From Antedon mediterranea (Eukaryota > Animalia > Echinodermata), in assembly GCF_964355755.1 (NCBI RefSeq), contig NC_092674.1, forward strand, positions 124,001 to 188,000: a stretch of DNA of 64,000 bases, read 5' to 3'. Numbering within the stretch: position 1 is the stretch's first letter; each line of letters begins with the position of its first letter. Under the pieces are notes generated by a model. The model worked only from the letters and a program-made list of their open reading frames with translations. It searched no databases and was not told where the DNA came from. Shown piece after piece: positions 39,693 to 53,231 of the stretch. Made by a program: the position numbers and the translations under genes.

Positions 39693-42600
39693 CTACCTAC
39701 TACTCACTAGCTAGGCCTAGGTAGTAGCAGTAGTAGTTATTGTAGTAGTATTATTGTATTGTAGTATTAGTTGTAGCTGTCCGGTGATCCTTGGTCACTT
39801 GTCTAGATCCCCTAGTAGGCCTAGGCTAGGCCTAGTACCTAGTTATTCTTCAACAGTCACACAATTCAGATTCTGCCGGCCGCTGATTGCTAGTGAACAG
39901 GGGGAGGGAGAGAAAGAGTTAGAAGAACTGAAATAAGCCGTGACGTATAATAAACATCATACAAAATAATAATATAACTAACGAATCCGTATAATATAAT
40001 AATGTTGTATGTTATAAAGTAAAGTAAATGCGTTTAATATAATACAATTATATTATAATATAATGTATTTTATTACTAATATAATATTAAATGTTCATAA
40101 TATAATGCTAAAACCAAATAATATAATACAAAAAGTCAATAATTTGTTACATTTTTCACATAATATATTAGAAATAGATATAATATAATGCTAAAACCAA
40201 GTAATAAAATGCAAAACGTATAATTCATTACAATACAATATATAATATAATAGAAAATGATATAATAATATAATATTTTGAATACTTCAGACAGCTGAGG
40301 CTTGCCATATACTTGCCATGAATCCATAGAAGGTGCTGATGAAGACATTCTACGGCGTTTAGAGAGGGTCCCAGAATTACATGCGTCTATCTCTCAGTGG
40401 TATATCTCACTTTTAATGTAGGCTTAAAACTGCCATTATGATTTGATTTGACTTCAGATACAAAAAACAAAACAAACAAAAACCCAATCCGCTTTCAATA
40501 GTGAAATTTGCATATTGGGATCTTGTTGGCAGGAATTGATAAGTACTTTTATGCAATAAACATTGATTTAGTCACTTTAGGACTACTTTGAAAATCTTGC
40601 TGACGTCATTACGTCTATTTTTAATGAACATTTTGACCTTTACTGGGTGAAATTGACTTCTATGTTTTACTTTCGTTGATGAAGAATTGTCGCAAAATAA
40701 CAGTAGTCTAAAAATAACATAAAAAGTTTGCACAAACAATAAATGTGAATGCAATGAACGGCAGTGATTGCAATGAATTTTTGTATCGAACAATGATTGA
40801 TTTGTACAAGATTGGTGGAAGTGGATGATGTTAAACAAATCATCAGAGTAATAGTGATGATAATGGTAAACATGATTATAACGAAAATAATAAGAACATG
40901 AACGTCAACCGGTGATAAGATAGATAGAAAGATATTACTTTTGATGTTAAACTGCAATGTAGTACGGTATACAATAACAAATATGAGAGGGCCATCATAC
41001 AATATTCATACCAACTTTATTCACATCATCATACATAAATAGTACAATACAATGTATTTGTGTGTAAAAAGGAGCCAAAAAATAGCTTTCGCTAATCAAG
41101 GTTTGACTCGTGTCACAAAAAATAAATTAGTCATAATGCATACATTTTCATCTATCAACAATAATTCAATAAGAAAGAAACAGCAACTATATGAAAGAAA
41201 TAACGTAAACAAGGGCTAACAATAATATGTTTGTAAAAGTAAACATTTAACTTCATTTATGAATTTAAATCTAGAAGAGGTACATTTTATAACTAAGGGT
41301 AAATTATTCCAATGATTCGACTCGATTGCAGATGATTGTACTGTGAAATGTGGTAGAATTATAGGGAGTAAATTAATAAAAACATATACCCAACGCGAGA
41401 AAATTGGTTCCCATGTGGTAAATGCCTATTTAGTGAGAGCATGTTATGCTTTCTGAACGAATCCCAATAGGCAGACTGCAAGTTTTAGTTTATTTGTAAA
41501 ATTGCCGCAGCATGAGTTTGCTAAATCTAAATAATACAAATATTATCGGATGGTAAAATTTCACTATGAAATATTTAATAAACAGTATGCATTTTATGCT
41601 GATTCAAGTATAGTTCATTTAAGCGACACATTTGTTTCTGTATGTGTCTATTGAATTAAAATTGTCTGTTTATACGTGATTGGTTTCTTGACAAACTGAA
41701 TTACTTACTTTGTATTAGACCTACATACTAATATGTTTATAGGCACCTGACCAAGAAGGATGTATGTCTGAGACCATCAAGTGTTGACTATGTGGCATGA
41801 GGGACTGTATAGAGAGTGTGAGAGGTAAGCAGAAACCAACTTTTTAAGTCGGAAACTCAATTTAAACCAAATTAATCAGTTGTAGATTATCATCAGATTA
41901 TAACATTTCTAACAGTAATATAGTAAAAATTGTTGAGTAAACTAAAAGATTCAGGAATGTTATTTTTCTTGTACATGTATATTAGTAGCAACTGCTTCTT
42001 TAAAATACTTGAATAGAAATGATGCATTAAAGCTAAAGTATACACTTCACAGAAAGGTATTAATGAACTATGTAAAGGCATCGTATTAAAAAAAAACAAG
42101 GCTTCATGTTAAAAGCCATCGTGTTTCTTGCTGATTCAATAAATCTTACTTTTATCAGCAAAGATAGTTGTTGCCAAAAGCACATTTCATCGGCAAGGAC
42201 GGATTTGCACTTACTGTTTCTACTGTTATAGCCTACTATGTCATTATAAATTAAACATATTTTTCAAAGTGAAGACCTTTAGATTTTAACAAGAATTTTC
42301 ACTGCACTCTGTAGCTACAGAAATCCCCGATGCAACGAAAGGTGCAGAGTTAAGAAAAACCCATTGACATCAATGTCCTAATTATCCTATTCCTCGTGTG
42401 TTTTCTCAATCTATTAGTATAATGGAAACAAAATGAATTAAAGTATAATGATTGAAAATAAAATAAAGTATGGTATAAGTAAATGTCTCATCTCACTTAT
42501 ATAATAACGTGTGGTTGGTACTTTTTATTCTAAGTAACGTCATTTAGTCTTCAACACATGGACAAAAATGCATTGTCCATTTATCGATTTGTGTAATGTA

Positions 42601-44324
42601 CTATAGTTAGTAGTATTTGTTCTTCATGGTTAGACCAACATCTTAGAAACAATGCAGCAGCATTGGTCCATGAACAGTTCACTACAACATAGATTTTGTA
42701 GAAATTTAGGCCCAAGGGTTTGGTCGAGGTCGAGACACCATGTCACCCGAACAAGTTATAGAAACAACATCCTTCCCATAATAAATATGAATACAACAAT
42801 ACATTATCAAGTCGTGCATGAAGCTATTCAATCTCGTATTTGATTGAGGGCGTCATCTCCGGTAAGGTGAAATCGTTCAGCTTCACTCACACAACCTTGC
42901 AAGGCATTGTACGAGATACAACAACCCAAATAATTATAAATCCGTTCAATGTGCAAAAAACCACAGCTAGTTGAGGATATTTGAATTTGGTTGATGTTTT
43001 CACTTTGCAATATTACATTTGGAAAAGACCAACTGAACCAAAACAAATATTCTCTCCAGCTGATACCAAGAAATTGATTTTTCAAGCGTCAAGTTCTCAT
43101 TGTATGCTAAAAGGTGTTTACAACTATTGGGTACGTGTGAGTTGCCTTCCACGGAATTTAGTTTAATAAAGAGGATATAAGAGGTAAGTTGATATCTATG
43201 TATTTCTTTGTACCAAACACATGGAAAGAGATGACCATTTGATATTAGATTTCTTTTGAAAAATTGTGTATTTCTTTCAATAAAAAGCCGCGGTAGGCCT
43301 ACACTTCTTTACTTAAGTCGATAGATAGATCAGAAAGTTAATATGTTTAATATATAAATTGTGAAGATCAAGGAAATTTGTAAATTCGAACTCAGAATCA
43401 ATCAGCTTACAATCTGACATCCTACCATAACTAACTATGGCAAGTTTAGTTTAAACTATAAACTAATTCCTCTCTGTTATCTATCTCCATGATGATCGTC
43501 ATTAAATTTAATCCAATCTAAACACTATGGAAATTATGTTTGAGATCGTTAAATAATACACATGTCAATAGTCTCTTGTCTTGCGATATCAAATAGGGCA
43601 CGCCATTCCTCAATATTATCATTTCTTTGATTTTTGTCCAGGCCCCGGTCATCATCATGTTGTTTAGAGTGTAGATTTTAAAATATCAACCCATTTTCCT
43701 ACATTGTACTGAATCGTTGCAAAGTATTTACAAATGTTATGGATCTTAGTGCTTTGTTTTTCTTAAATCATCAGTTATTATCCGAAGTGGGCACAGAGCA
43801 GAAATATTTTATTGTTTGTGCCCTATTTGTGTTACCGACCAGTAACTGTGTAGTGGCGCCAACATTATTTAAAGAATTCACATAAAGGCAACACACGTAG
43901 ACCCAAGAATAACTTTACCCAAAAGCTTATATGAAATACAGAAAGGGAAATACTAGCAGATGTTATGGTATCAATAGCAATTCGCGAACGTAAATCTAAT
44001 CACAGAAATAATGAAGTATAACCATTATTAATTATTGAAGGCAGACGGCGGTGGGATTCAATAAATTTAACATTTCCGTTTTAACCTTGCCAAGTTATGC
44101 AAGTCAATACTAACCCTATCTTTTATAACTATTCTATTATTATTAATAACCTACTATTAATTTAAAGTTTGTTTGTGATTGAACATTTCTTCATATCGGG
44201 TATTTTACAGTATTGAATTCAAAATTTCGGTTTTTATATTAATACTGTATCAACTTTGCAAGCTTATTCATTCATGATTCTTTTCCCCTCTGTTTTTCGT
44301 TTTATGCTGAGGTTGGGGTTTCTG

Positions 44325-44717
44325 AGATATTTGGTTTTAAGGAATGGTTCAGTCATGATGGCCTATTGGACATCTGCTGGTTCAATGGCAGTTCCAGCAA
44401 AATGTCTATTCCACCGTGCTAGATTATTTGGTGTTAAGGAATGGTTCAGTCTTGATGGCCTATTGGACATCTGCTGGTTCAATAGCAGTTCCAGCAAAAT
44501 TTCTATTTCACCGTGCTAGATTATTTGGTGTTAAGGAATGGTTCTGTCTTGATGACCTATTGGACATCTGCTGGTTCAACAGCATTTCCAGCACAATGTC
44601 TATTCCACCGTGCTAGATTATTGTGGTGTTAAGGAATGGTTCAGTCTTGATGGCCTATTGGACATCTGCTGGTTCAACAGCATTTCCAGCACAATGTCTA
44701 TTCCACCGTGCTAGATT
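44325..44717. repeat. Tandem minisatellite, about 97-bp unit, 4 copies
   Basis: AAGGAATGG recurs at 44339, 44436, 44533 and 44631, and the intervening sequence is conserved. Confidence 0.93.
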
Positions 44718-47700
44718 TGTATGTATTGATCAATTTCCCCTACATGCTATGTAGCTTTCGGCACAGTCTATAATAATTACTATTCGTATTTGTCTTTTAA
44801 CCGAATAACAGGAAATTAAAGACGTGGATCGCGCGTTCTAGGTTTAGATTGTTCTTTTCACTTGATTTTGGTGTATTAATTATTTGTTTTTATTTGTTTG
44901 TGTAGTGTTTTGTATGTTTTAAACAGGAATACACTAATGTAATTGGTTCCAATGCCAGAAAACAAAGTAGACATATATTACTGTATATTGTTATCAACCC
45001 ACATTTTTATTTTTTTTTATGTTTGTCCTTCATATGTCTTTTAAGTGAGTGACTAGTACGGTAGCATTACCAACTGCATACTTCAATAAGCAAAATGTTG
45101 AATGGAAATAAATTTTGTCGAAGTCAATCAATTTCAGATAGTGTTGATATAGAAAAGTTCTTCGTCGTGCAGGCACGCCACAAACTGATGGCTGGATTTA
45201 GACCGGCTATGTCACCAGATGAGTTCAGATTTACCAGCCCAAAGTGACCAGTTTTGTGTTTAATTCAAGAGCTCTTACATCTCGGGACTAAGGGTTTACA
45301 AATAGTAGTAACCTCGGTTTGTCGCCAAACCATTTATTCGTTTCTATATCCCACTTATGCATCATTTAACGTTAAGTGACAGGTACATTTTAGTAGTAGG
45401 ATTATTTTGTCAATATCTAGTTCAATAATGAACACGAAGTTCAATGGGCTGTCACTCCGTGAGAAATTACTGTCCTTGTGACACGATTAGTAAAGTCAAA
45501 AGATCCATGCTGCCAATAACAAGCTTTTTGAATATTAAACAATCTATAACTAAACAAAAAGTGTTTTTATTGTCAAGCGATGTTTTAACATTTATTGAAG
45601 CCTTATAGTTTTACGCAGAATACGTTCCCAAATCTGAGGATCTCGTCTAATTATATTTTTACAAAATCATTATTTTTTAATTTGAATTACATGAATATGT
45701 TCAGAATTAGATACAATTCTAGGTGTATTGTTATAACATCAAAACATTGAAGACCTAAAATTGCAAGCAGTTGTATGAATGCTTTTGCATAGTTAATTCA
45801 TTGATTGAAGACCTAAAATTGCAAGCAGTTGTATGGTATGAATACTTTTGCATAGTTGAGTGGTTTTTCAAAGCAATGTCTACAGGGTCGAGTGTAACAA
45901 AGATTCACAACCTGTGTAGGAACACTGTGTAAACATTTGATCTGACGCGATAGAGATTATTATGTCGATGAATGTTAAGTAACATTAATGGTAAACATGG
46001 TATTAATAAAATGGTGAGACTTCTATCAAGGTTATTATGGATTAAATGAACGCATAAAGTACAAGAACTAATTGCGAATTATCTCATTCAACAATGTCCA
46101 GTATGGAGCTTTAAGTAAGGTTTTTGATAATTTTTCTCGATTTGTTTTTCGGAAGTTTATATCCGTGCCAAGACTAAACGCGTAAACAATTATTATTTAC
46201 CTGTCATAATAAAACGTCATAACTTATCCGTGTGATAAATGTTGTTTGTATGCTGGAATTCTCTGCTGTAAGTTGTAACTTACAGTTTTACAAGTATTTT
46301 TAAATATATTAGGAACTGCATCAGTAAATGTTAGTGACTATTTTGTAAAAAATAGAATTCCCCTTTTTATTACAGTAATTAAAATCGGTAATAGAGTAAA
46401 AAACAACCAACAGGAACATTATTATTCATTAAAATATCCAAACTATATAATAAATCAAGTTTGATGCGAAACGTTGCTTTGTATTTTTTTCTACAAGTTG
46501 TACTTTTATGTGTGACTATAAACAAGCAATTTTGCATACTCTTTTTAATAGATTATTATTTGTTGTATCTTAAAGCCTGCTTAGAAATTAAAGGTCGTAC
46601 AGTGTTGTTATAGTGTTGTGTCGTGTTTAAACAGCTCTTTAAAGAATGCATACAAGCTGAAGGCAAAAACGTTGACATTCCTGCAATTATCATTCGTCTA
46701 TAGACACCAACTTTTAACTAAATCACATCGGAATTTGCACATAATTACAAGCATAATAAAATAACAGTTTTTGGTTTTATTTCTTAATTATATGACATGT
46801 GCCAAATAATTAGTCATGATTTAACCTTTCATACATGAATTGTATGTAAACAAATTATGAATGAAATAATCGATTCTACTTCAGTTATAATTAAATGGAA
46901 TATTAATGATTCAACATTGTTGTATTCTAAAATGACAAGGTATTTGTAGATTGTAGTGTCATGTTACAGTGCATACTTTTATACTTGTTCTGTAGACATT
47001 ATAAGTGCTAGTCATCGTAGACCTATCTACTTTTGCTTTTTTTAACAACTTCGAATCGACCAAATTAGTACTATAATTCATCTATTTCAATGTTTCTTGT
47101 GTAGAAAATGAAATGTCCGGTAATGTCTTGACAATTATATCATGATTAATTTATATGTAATTAGGCCTATAATGTATTAATGTTTTTGATACAATTAACT
47201 CATTGTATGTTTTTATTTTCTATCTATATATATAGAAATGAAAGATATTCGACTTTTTAACTCATACATGTTTACTCTGCAAGAGTGCATTTAATAAATG
47301 CAAATTGTCTTTATTGTTCGTTTTCAAAAATTCATTGCTCATAATTATTAGATAGAAATATGCCTATAACAGAATATTGTAATAGAAAGTATCCTATAAA
47401 TAAGTGTATATACATGTTATTTTTATAAATGTGTATAATTATAGGCCTCTCATGAATAAATACAATATACGGTATAATAATGTAAAGCATTAAACCTACC
47501 ACCAATTGAAATTGGTTACCATAATATTTCCCGATGGTGCATTTAAGCCAGTATTGTAGTTCATAAAGTGCTTTGCTAAATATAGAATTCTAAATAATAA
47601 TTGTGACATGTAGTCTCTACATAAAGGCTATTTAATTAACAGCGTTCAAAGAATAAATTATAATCACTCGGCATTTAAGACGAGTCATATATTGACCTAA

Positions 47701-47857
47701 CGTTACGTCACACTCCTTGATTCTGTCTTATTATTGGGCTGTAGATTCTGATTAAATACTTGGATCCACTATGTATTAATGTAATATAAGATGGAAAGAT
47801 CATATAGCACACGTGACATTTAAGATTTAAATCCGAATAGCAATTAGATTTTTAACA

Positions 47858-48240
47858 GCCACTATAAATTAATTAGGTACACATTGAATATCACAAACGC
47901 TTGGCTAAGTGCACAAGGTGAATTATCCTGTTACAATTATAGGTACACATTGAATATAACAAACGCTTGGCTAATAAGTGTTCAAGGTGAATTATCCTTT
48001 TACAATTATAGGTACACATTGAATATAACAAACACTTGGCCTCTATAAATTAATTAGGTACACATTGAATATAACAAACGCTTGGCTAAGTGCACAAGGT
48101 ATGAATTATCCTGTTACAATTTAGGTACACATTGAATATAACAAACACTTGGCCACTATAAATTAAATAGGTACACATTGAATATAACAAACGCTTGGCC
48201 AAGTGGACAAGATATGAATTAGCCTGTTACTTAATTAGGG
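47858..48240. repeat. Compound minisatellite (units of about 46-66 bp, 6 copies)
   Basis: The core AGGTACACATTGAATATAACAAACGCTTGGC is repeated with either a long or a short linker. Confidence 0.88.
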
Positions 48241-49922
48241 TATATATTTAATTTCAGTGAATAATTCGAGATTTAGGACTATTGCATTTTATAGGTACAA
48301 TGAAGTTTGAACAACATTTATAAAGTATTAAGTTAAAACGACAGTAAATCGAACGATTGTGTTAAAGTTTAATCTCTCAATATCCCTAAAATTTGAACGA
48401 ATACCGAAGAACCAATATCGATGGTCGCGTCTAAAAATTCATATTTCAAACAAAATATTTTACATATTCGTGGTAAATGTATTGATTTGTACATTGCCAT
48501 TACAATGTATCAATATGATTTTAAATTAGTTATCAATTCTGTGACGTTAAAAAACATCTTAAAATTGATACAGTAGTACTAAAATTACTCTCTAATCTAA
48601 CGTACATTTTATAATGAGCGCTCATCAAGAACTAGGAAAGAAATCGATGCCTTTAATTCAGGCCAGATAAACAAAATATTTATAGCAATAAAAAAAGGCC
48701 TGATCTATAAAAAATAAAGCAGCAAACTACAAAAAAAAACATATCACACATAATACTTTATAAAATTATATTATTATTTCGTGATCATGTAACTCCAAAT
48801 CTCCACTCCACTCCAATACCCTAACCGAATTTGTGTATTCACAGTAGCTGTCATGCTTGTTTATTTATATTAGGTTACTGTTCTAGTTTAGGCCTATCCT
48901 GTCATAGGTTACTTCGTACGGTCCTTTCACTCAATTATGGATAACATCATACAGTGTGTTATGTAAATATCTTTGCTAACTAAATCGTCTGAGGACGATT
49001 AGGTCTATTAATTAATTGAATAATGTTAATGTTTGTATAATGTCTCTCATGATATTATGTAGGTGATCTTAGACGTTCTTCAGTTCATCAATTGAACACG
49101 TTATTGGAATCCAATGTCAGCAGACTACTCTCATTAACAATGTGTTAACGCCAAACCGATAAATTACACGATAGCCGTATCGATTTGGAAAGTAAAGTGT
49201 TAAAATAATTGGTTTAATGTTGAAATCTGAACTAAATAGCGACAGCGCCAAATGTTAAACGAGGTGTGACGTCTTGGAGTAAATTATTTGTTTTGCAAAT
49301 TGTACCTATATGAGTTTGTATAGGCTTCTGATATTTATTCATCTTCAAGTCAATTTATTTGTTTTGTACATTATTAAATCTATATGATATATATGACATC
49401 AAATTAAAAAATTTAGCTGCATAATATTTATAGGTTTCTCCGCAAGTTAAGCAAATTATGTAAAACAAAATGTACTTCTGATGAATCTGTAGCATGCAGA
49501 TGATACCGATAACTATCTGATAAATGTGATTTACTCACCTGTGTTAAATATCATTTAATGTTTAAATAAATCTAAACATATTTTCATTAAATAAATCTCC
49601 AGGCATAAGGTCAAAAGTTCACATATAATTCTCTTCCTGTGTCTTTCACCCACATACTGATTTATCTAATATTCCATAATTTGTCAAAATACTGCAGTAT
49701 TCTCTGTTGGATATCAAATTTAAATCGGTAACCAATACCAATAATGATTCTTGACACTTTTGTTCACATTGGCAGGCAGTTAACTTCAGGATAGTCGTTG
49801 ATAAAGTATATTTTAAACTCTGCATTTTACATAACATATCAGTACTTTGAAAGTAAACCATGGCCGCCGCGACAATGTATTATTACCTAAAAGCAAACGA
49901 TGTGGCTTCTAAAAGTAGGCGT

Positions 49923-50237
49923 ATTTGTTTGTTTTATCTTTATACTGGGTGACCTCTTCAGTCAAAGACTGATCTCCCAGAGGGCCCAGTTGGTGATCAG
50001 TGGCTGTGATGTACTAATACACCGGGGTAACCCCCTACTCATCTCGAAAGATGTACTAGGTTCTTTAAAGTGCACACGAGCAAGTTGTGTACACTGGACC
50101 TACGGTTTATAGTCCTTATCCGAGAAGACTCGTTCTACCACCAGAACCATGGAGTGAGTGAGAGCCTCGAACCCCTGCCGATGTTATGGCTACGTGCACG
50201 GTTCCACTGTCTTAACCGCTCGGCCACTCACTCACTC
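49923..50237 (-). mobile_element. tRNA-derived SINE with Deu/Nin-like central domain
   Basis: On the minus strand: A box TGGCCGAGCGG and B box GGTTCGAGGC. These are followed by CGGATAAGGACTATAAACCGTAGGTCC...TTAAAGAACC...GAGTAGGGGGTTACCCCGGTGT, which resembles the DeuSINE core as I recall it, and an (AAAC)n tail. Confidence 0.8.
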
Positions 50238-51004
50238 TAGGCAGAGGCCCGTATGATGCAGGATATTTTGGATAGACTAAATAACGCATACTAATAATAA
50301 TGATTACACGTTTTCCCTTTCAGGCTATGGGGGGGGGGGGGGGGGGTGGGGTGGGGATATATCAATAATTTAAGATCATAGCTTCAGGAAGAATATAAAA
50401 AAGCCTTATTGATTGGCCTTACCACAACGACGTTAAAAAGTCTTATGAAAACCCCATGCCCGAACTTGTAGGGCTACCTACCATTTATAAATATGAAAAG
50501 TGTATACAATGCACGCGCGGAGACTTAAACGCTTCCTCATCACGTACATGGCGCGATCAATGTTAGCAACGTACATGGGAACCAATTGTAAAAATAGGAT
50601 AATTAATTGCAAACACCCAGCGGGATTCACCTGCCGTCTTTTATTATTCAACGATTCATTATAATATATATATTGAAATTCAATAATAATTCAAAAATGA
50701 CAATAAAATTGGACATTACTTCTTGTGATAGGTATTCACAGAGGAATAAAGAAATAAAAATATCTTAAATACACGTTGAACGTTATCTCTGTGTAACGCT
50801 GTTTACGTTGACATGGAAACACAATAAGTACGTTCTAACTAGAAATATTCCCTTGAGCAAAAAGATATTATAATTCTGGGGCATATCGATAAGACAACGT
50901 TTGATGATCAAACTAAAAATACCAACATCTAACATTGAAATATAAGTATATAATTACAGAAATTATAGTATCTATAGATCTTTTAATTAGGTCAATATCT
51001 TGAG

Positions 51005-51314
51005 TGTGTAATCGTATACAAGAGTAAGTATCATTGGAGTAAAATAGCGTACATCTTACTTCCAAGAACGGTCCTGTCAATTGTGTAATCGTATACAAGA
51101 GTAAGTATCATTGGAGTAAAATAGCGTACATCTTACTTCCAAGAACGGTCCTGTCAATTGTGTAATCGTATACAAGAGTAAGTATCATTGGAGTAAAATA
51201 GCGTACATCTTACTTCCAAGAACGGTCCTGTCAATTGTGTAATCGTATACAAGAGTAAGTATCATTGTAGTAAAATAGCGTACATCTTACTTCCACGAAC
51301 GGTCCTGTCAATTG
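51005..51314. repeat. Tandem minisatellite, 77-bp unit, 4 near-identical copies
   Basis: TGTGTAATCGTATACAAGAG... recurs at 51005, 51082, 51159 and 51236. Confidence 0.95.
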
Positions 51315-53098
51315 ACATAATACGATACGATCAACCAGAGGCCTTTGTAACCGAGTCAACCAAAGATTGGTAAAAGCTTAATTATACGTATTTATTACGG
51401 TAACTAATGAGAGACAAACGTGGTTGAAGACGTGAACAACCGTTGTTCTCATCCATGATGACATCAAATCCGCTATTGGAAATATTATTAGGAGGAAGGG
51501 TTTAAACTGATAAATATCATCACAGCATAATTATGTTGATTAAAGTTCTTGGTGGTTTAAAACTCTATTAATATTTATTTTCTCAGATGGTTTGAGAAAT
51601 TTCGCTACATTATCAATAATTCAAATTAATATCAAACGTATACTAATATTTTGCTCACATTTTTATGCATGTGATCGAATATTGGTCATGCATAGTAACA
51701 ATCTTGATCTTGTTTATAATTCAGTCACTAAGTCCACAGTCACGTATACCTAAAGATCCACCACTAATGTAGTCACGTGTCGTCGTAATTATTGATGTTT
51801 GGCGTTTGCACAAGAAAATGTACTTTTGCTGATTTCATTAGTAATTACGTGTATAGTAAGTATTGGAATGAATTTGCACCTTGAATTATATATTGCAAGA
51901 TCGTAATAATTAAGCTACGGTAAGTCTAATAAGGTTTTGTATTAAACCAACTAGCAACTATTATTGCAAATCAACGGAATTACTTGAAATACACATGCAA
52001 TCATGACTCTAAGACGGGGGTCATCAGACAATTGCCATTGCAACGTGTCTTGCTACTGTACTGCATGCTCTTAAAGACGTATCCAGCATTAAACTTCCCA
52101 CTAATAATAAATAATAAAAGCATTTACTTTAATGGACAGGTAAGGTATTGTCATTCATTAGTTACGTGATGATACTAATAGACACTTGCATATGAAAAAA
52201 TACTTAGCAATTGAAAAGGACAAAAAACAACACAAGCAACAAAAATGAAAACTTATTTAAAAGAAACATACATTAGGTCCTAATTATATTTTTATTTTAT
52301 AATTGAGATCGGTTTAAAATGTAATAATAATTTAAGAATCTTTAGTATATTATTTTATATATTTAACTTCTTTTGTAAAATTATTTATTTAGTTATTACA
52401 GAGAAGAGTGAAATTACATTAATTTAACTCGTCCCTGGTTATTATTAGTTTATTCTATATAATATGTATATCAAGTAAATGAAAATCGTTCTTAGAATCT
52501 TGCAAAGATGTTGACAGTGTATAAACCCATCAATGTTCGTGCTTTTTTGCAGTTATTGAACCAAATGACAGATATAATTCATTAACTATAATGGCACAGT
52601 TGTATGACCGTTAAAACAACATGAGTTGTGTTGATAACACTTGCAATATCGAGTTGCCAAAACATCAAAGAACCAAGTGTAACATCATTAGTTAAATTCC
52701 GTGTGGAAACTAAGTAACCTGCATGAAATCGAATAACCAGTAATTGCTATGGATTTCTGTTAGTAATTACATGTACTTGAAACATTCGGTATCAAGTCAT
52801 TCATTGTAACATTCACTAATAATGTGGGCAATATTCGGTATAAACTTATTCATGGTAACATTCACTAATAATGTAGGCACTGTTTGTCATCTAAATGTAT
52901 TGCGACTTATTATATTGCTTTTCGGTGAGGTTTTTGTCAAAACTAAAATACCAAATGTTTCTGGTGAGCGAGTCCCTGGTTTTGCTTCTTTTACGCTTTT
53001 CTTGAGATGAGAAGAAGGTCTGAATTCTGCTAGTGCGACTGGAGACGAGATGAAGAAAAAACGATTACTTTTCTTAATAATAATTTAGATAACAATTA

Positions 53099-53130
53099 GA
53101 CTAATAAAAACTTTTGTTATATCTCAACAG
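53099..53130 (+). promoter_or_regulatory. Probable 3' splice acceptor of the GPCR coding exon (5'UTR intron)
   Basis: Branch-like GACTAAT, a pyrimidine-rich stretch and AACAG|G, ending 101 nt upstream of the ATG. Confidence 0.55.
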
Positions 53131-53231
53131 GTTAATACTATGGATCTCACCTAGAATGACTTTGTCAAGATACATCACGCTCGAAAATCAAAATCTCTGA
53201 AAGGACCAACTGAAAACGACACGCACACAAA

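Larger units (their letters stand above)
29770..40309. mobile_element. Giant palindromic element, copy 4 (two large nested insertions)
   Basis: Same termini. TSD TACTTG at 29764-29769 and 40310-40315. Spacer at about 35879-36061. About 7.19 kb after the nested elements are removed. Confidence 0.93.

Noticed and set aside
5855-40309. Assembly artefact (fold-back chimeric reads or collapsed repeats)
   Set aside because: Each copy has its own exact TSD, unique flanks, fixed left/right arm differences and arm-specific nested insertions, which artefacts would not produce. Read-level confirmation is still advisable.
40572-41002. Hydrophobic 111-aa and 88-aa ORFs
   Set aside because: Composition is explained by AT-rich, ATC/ATT-rich sequence, and there are no family motifs.
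42652-43166. Cluster of 60-85 aa ORFs
   Set aside because: No recognisable domain in the frames examined.
43436-43444. TATGGCAAG match to the palindrome terminus
   Set aside because: Only 9 bp with no further similarity, which is compatible with chance.
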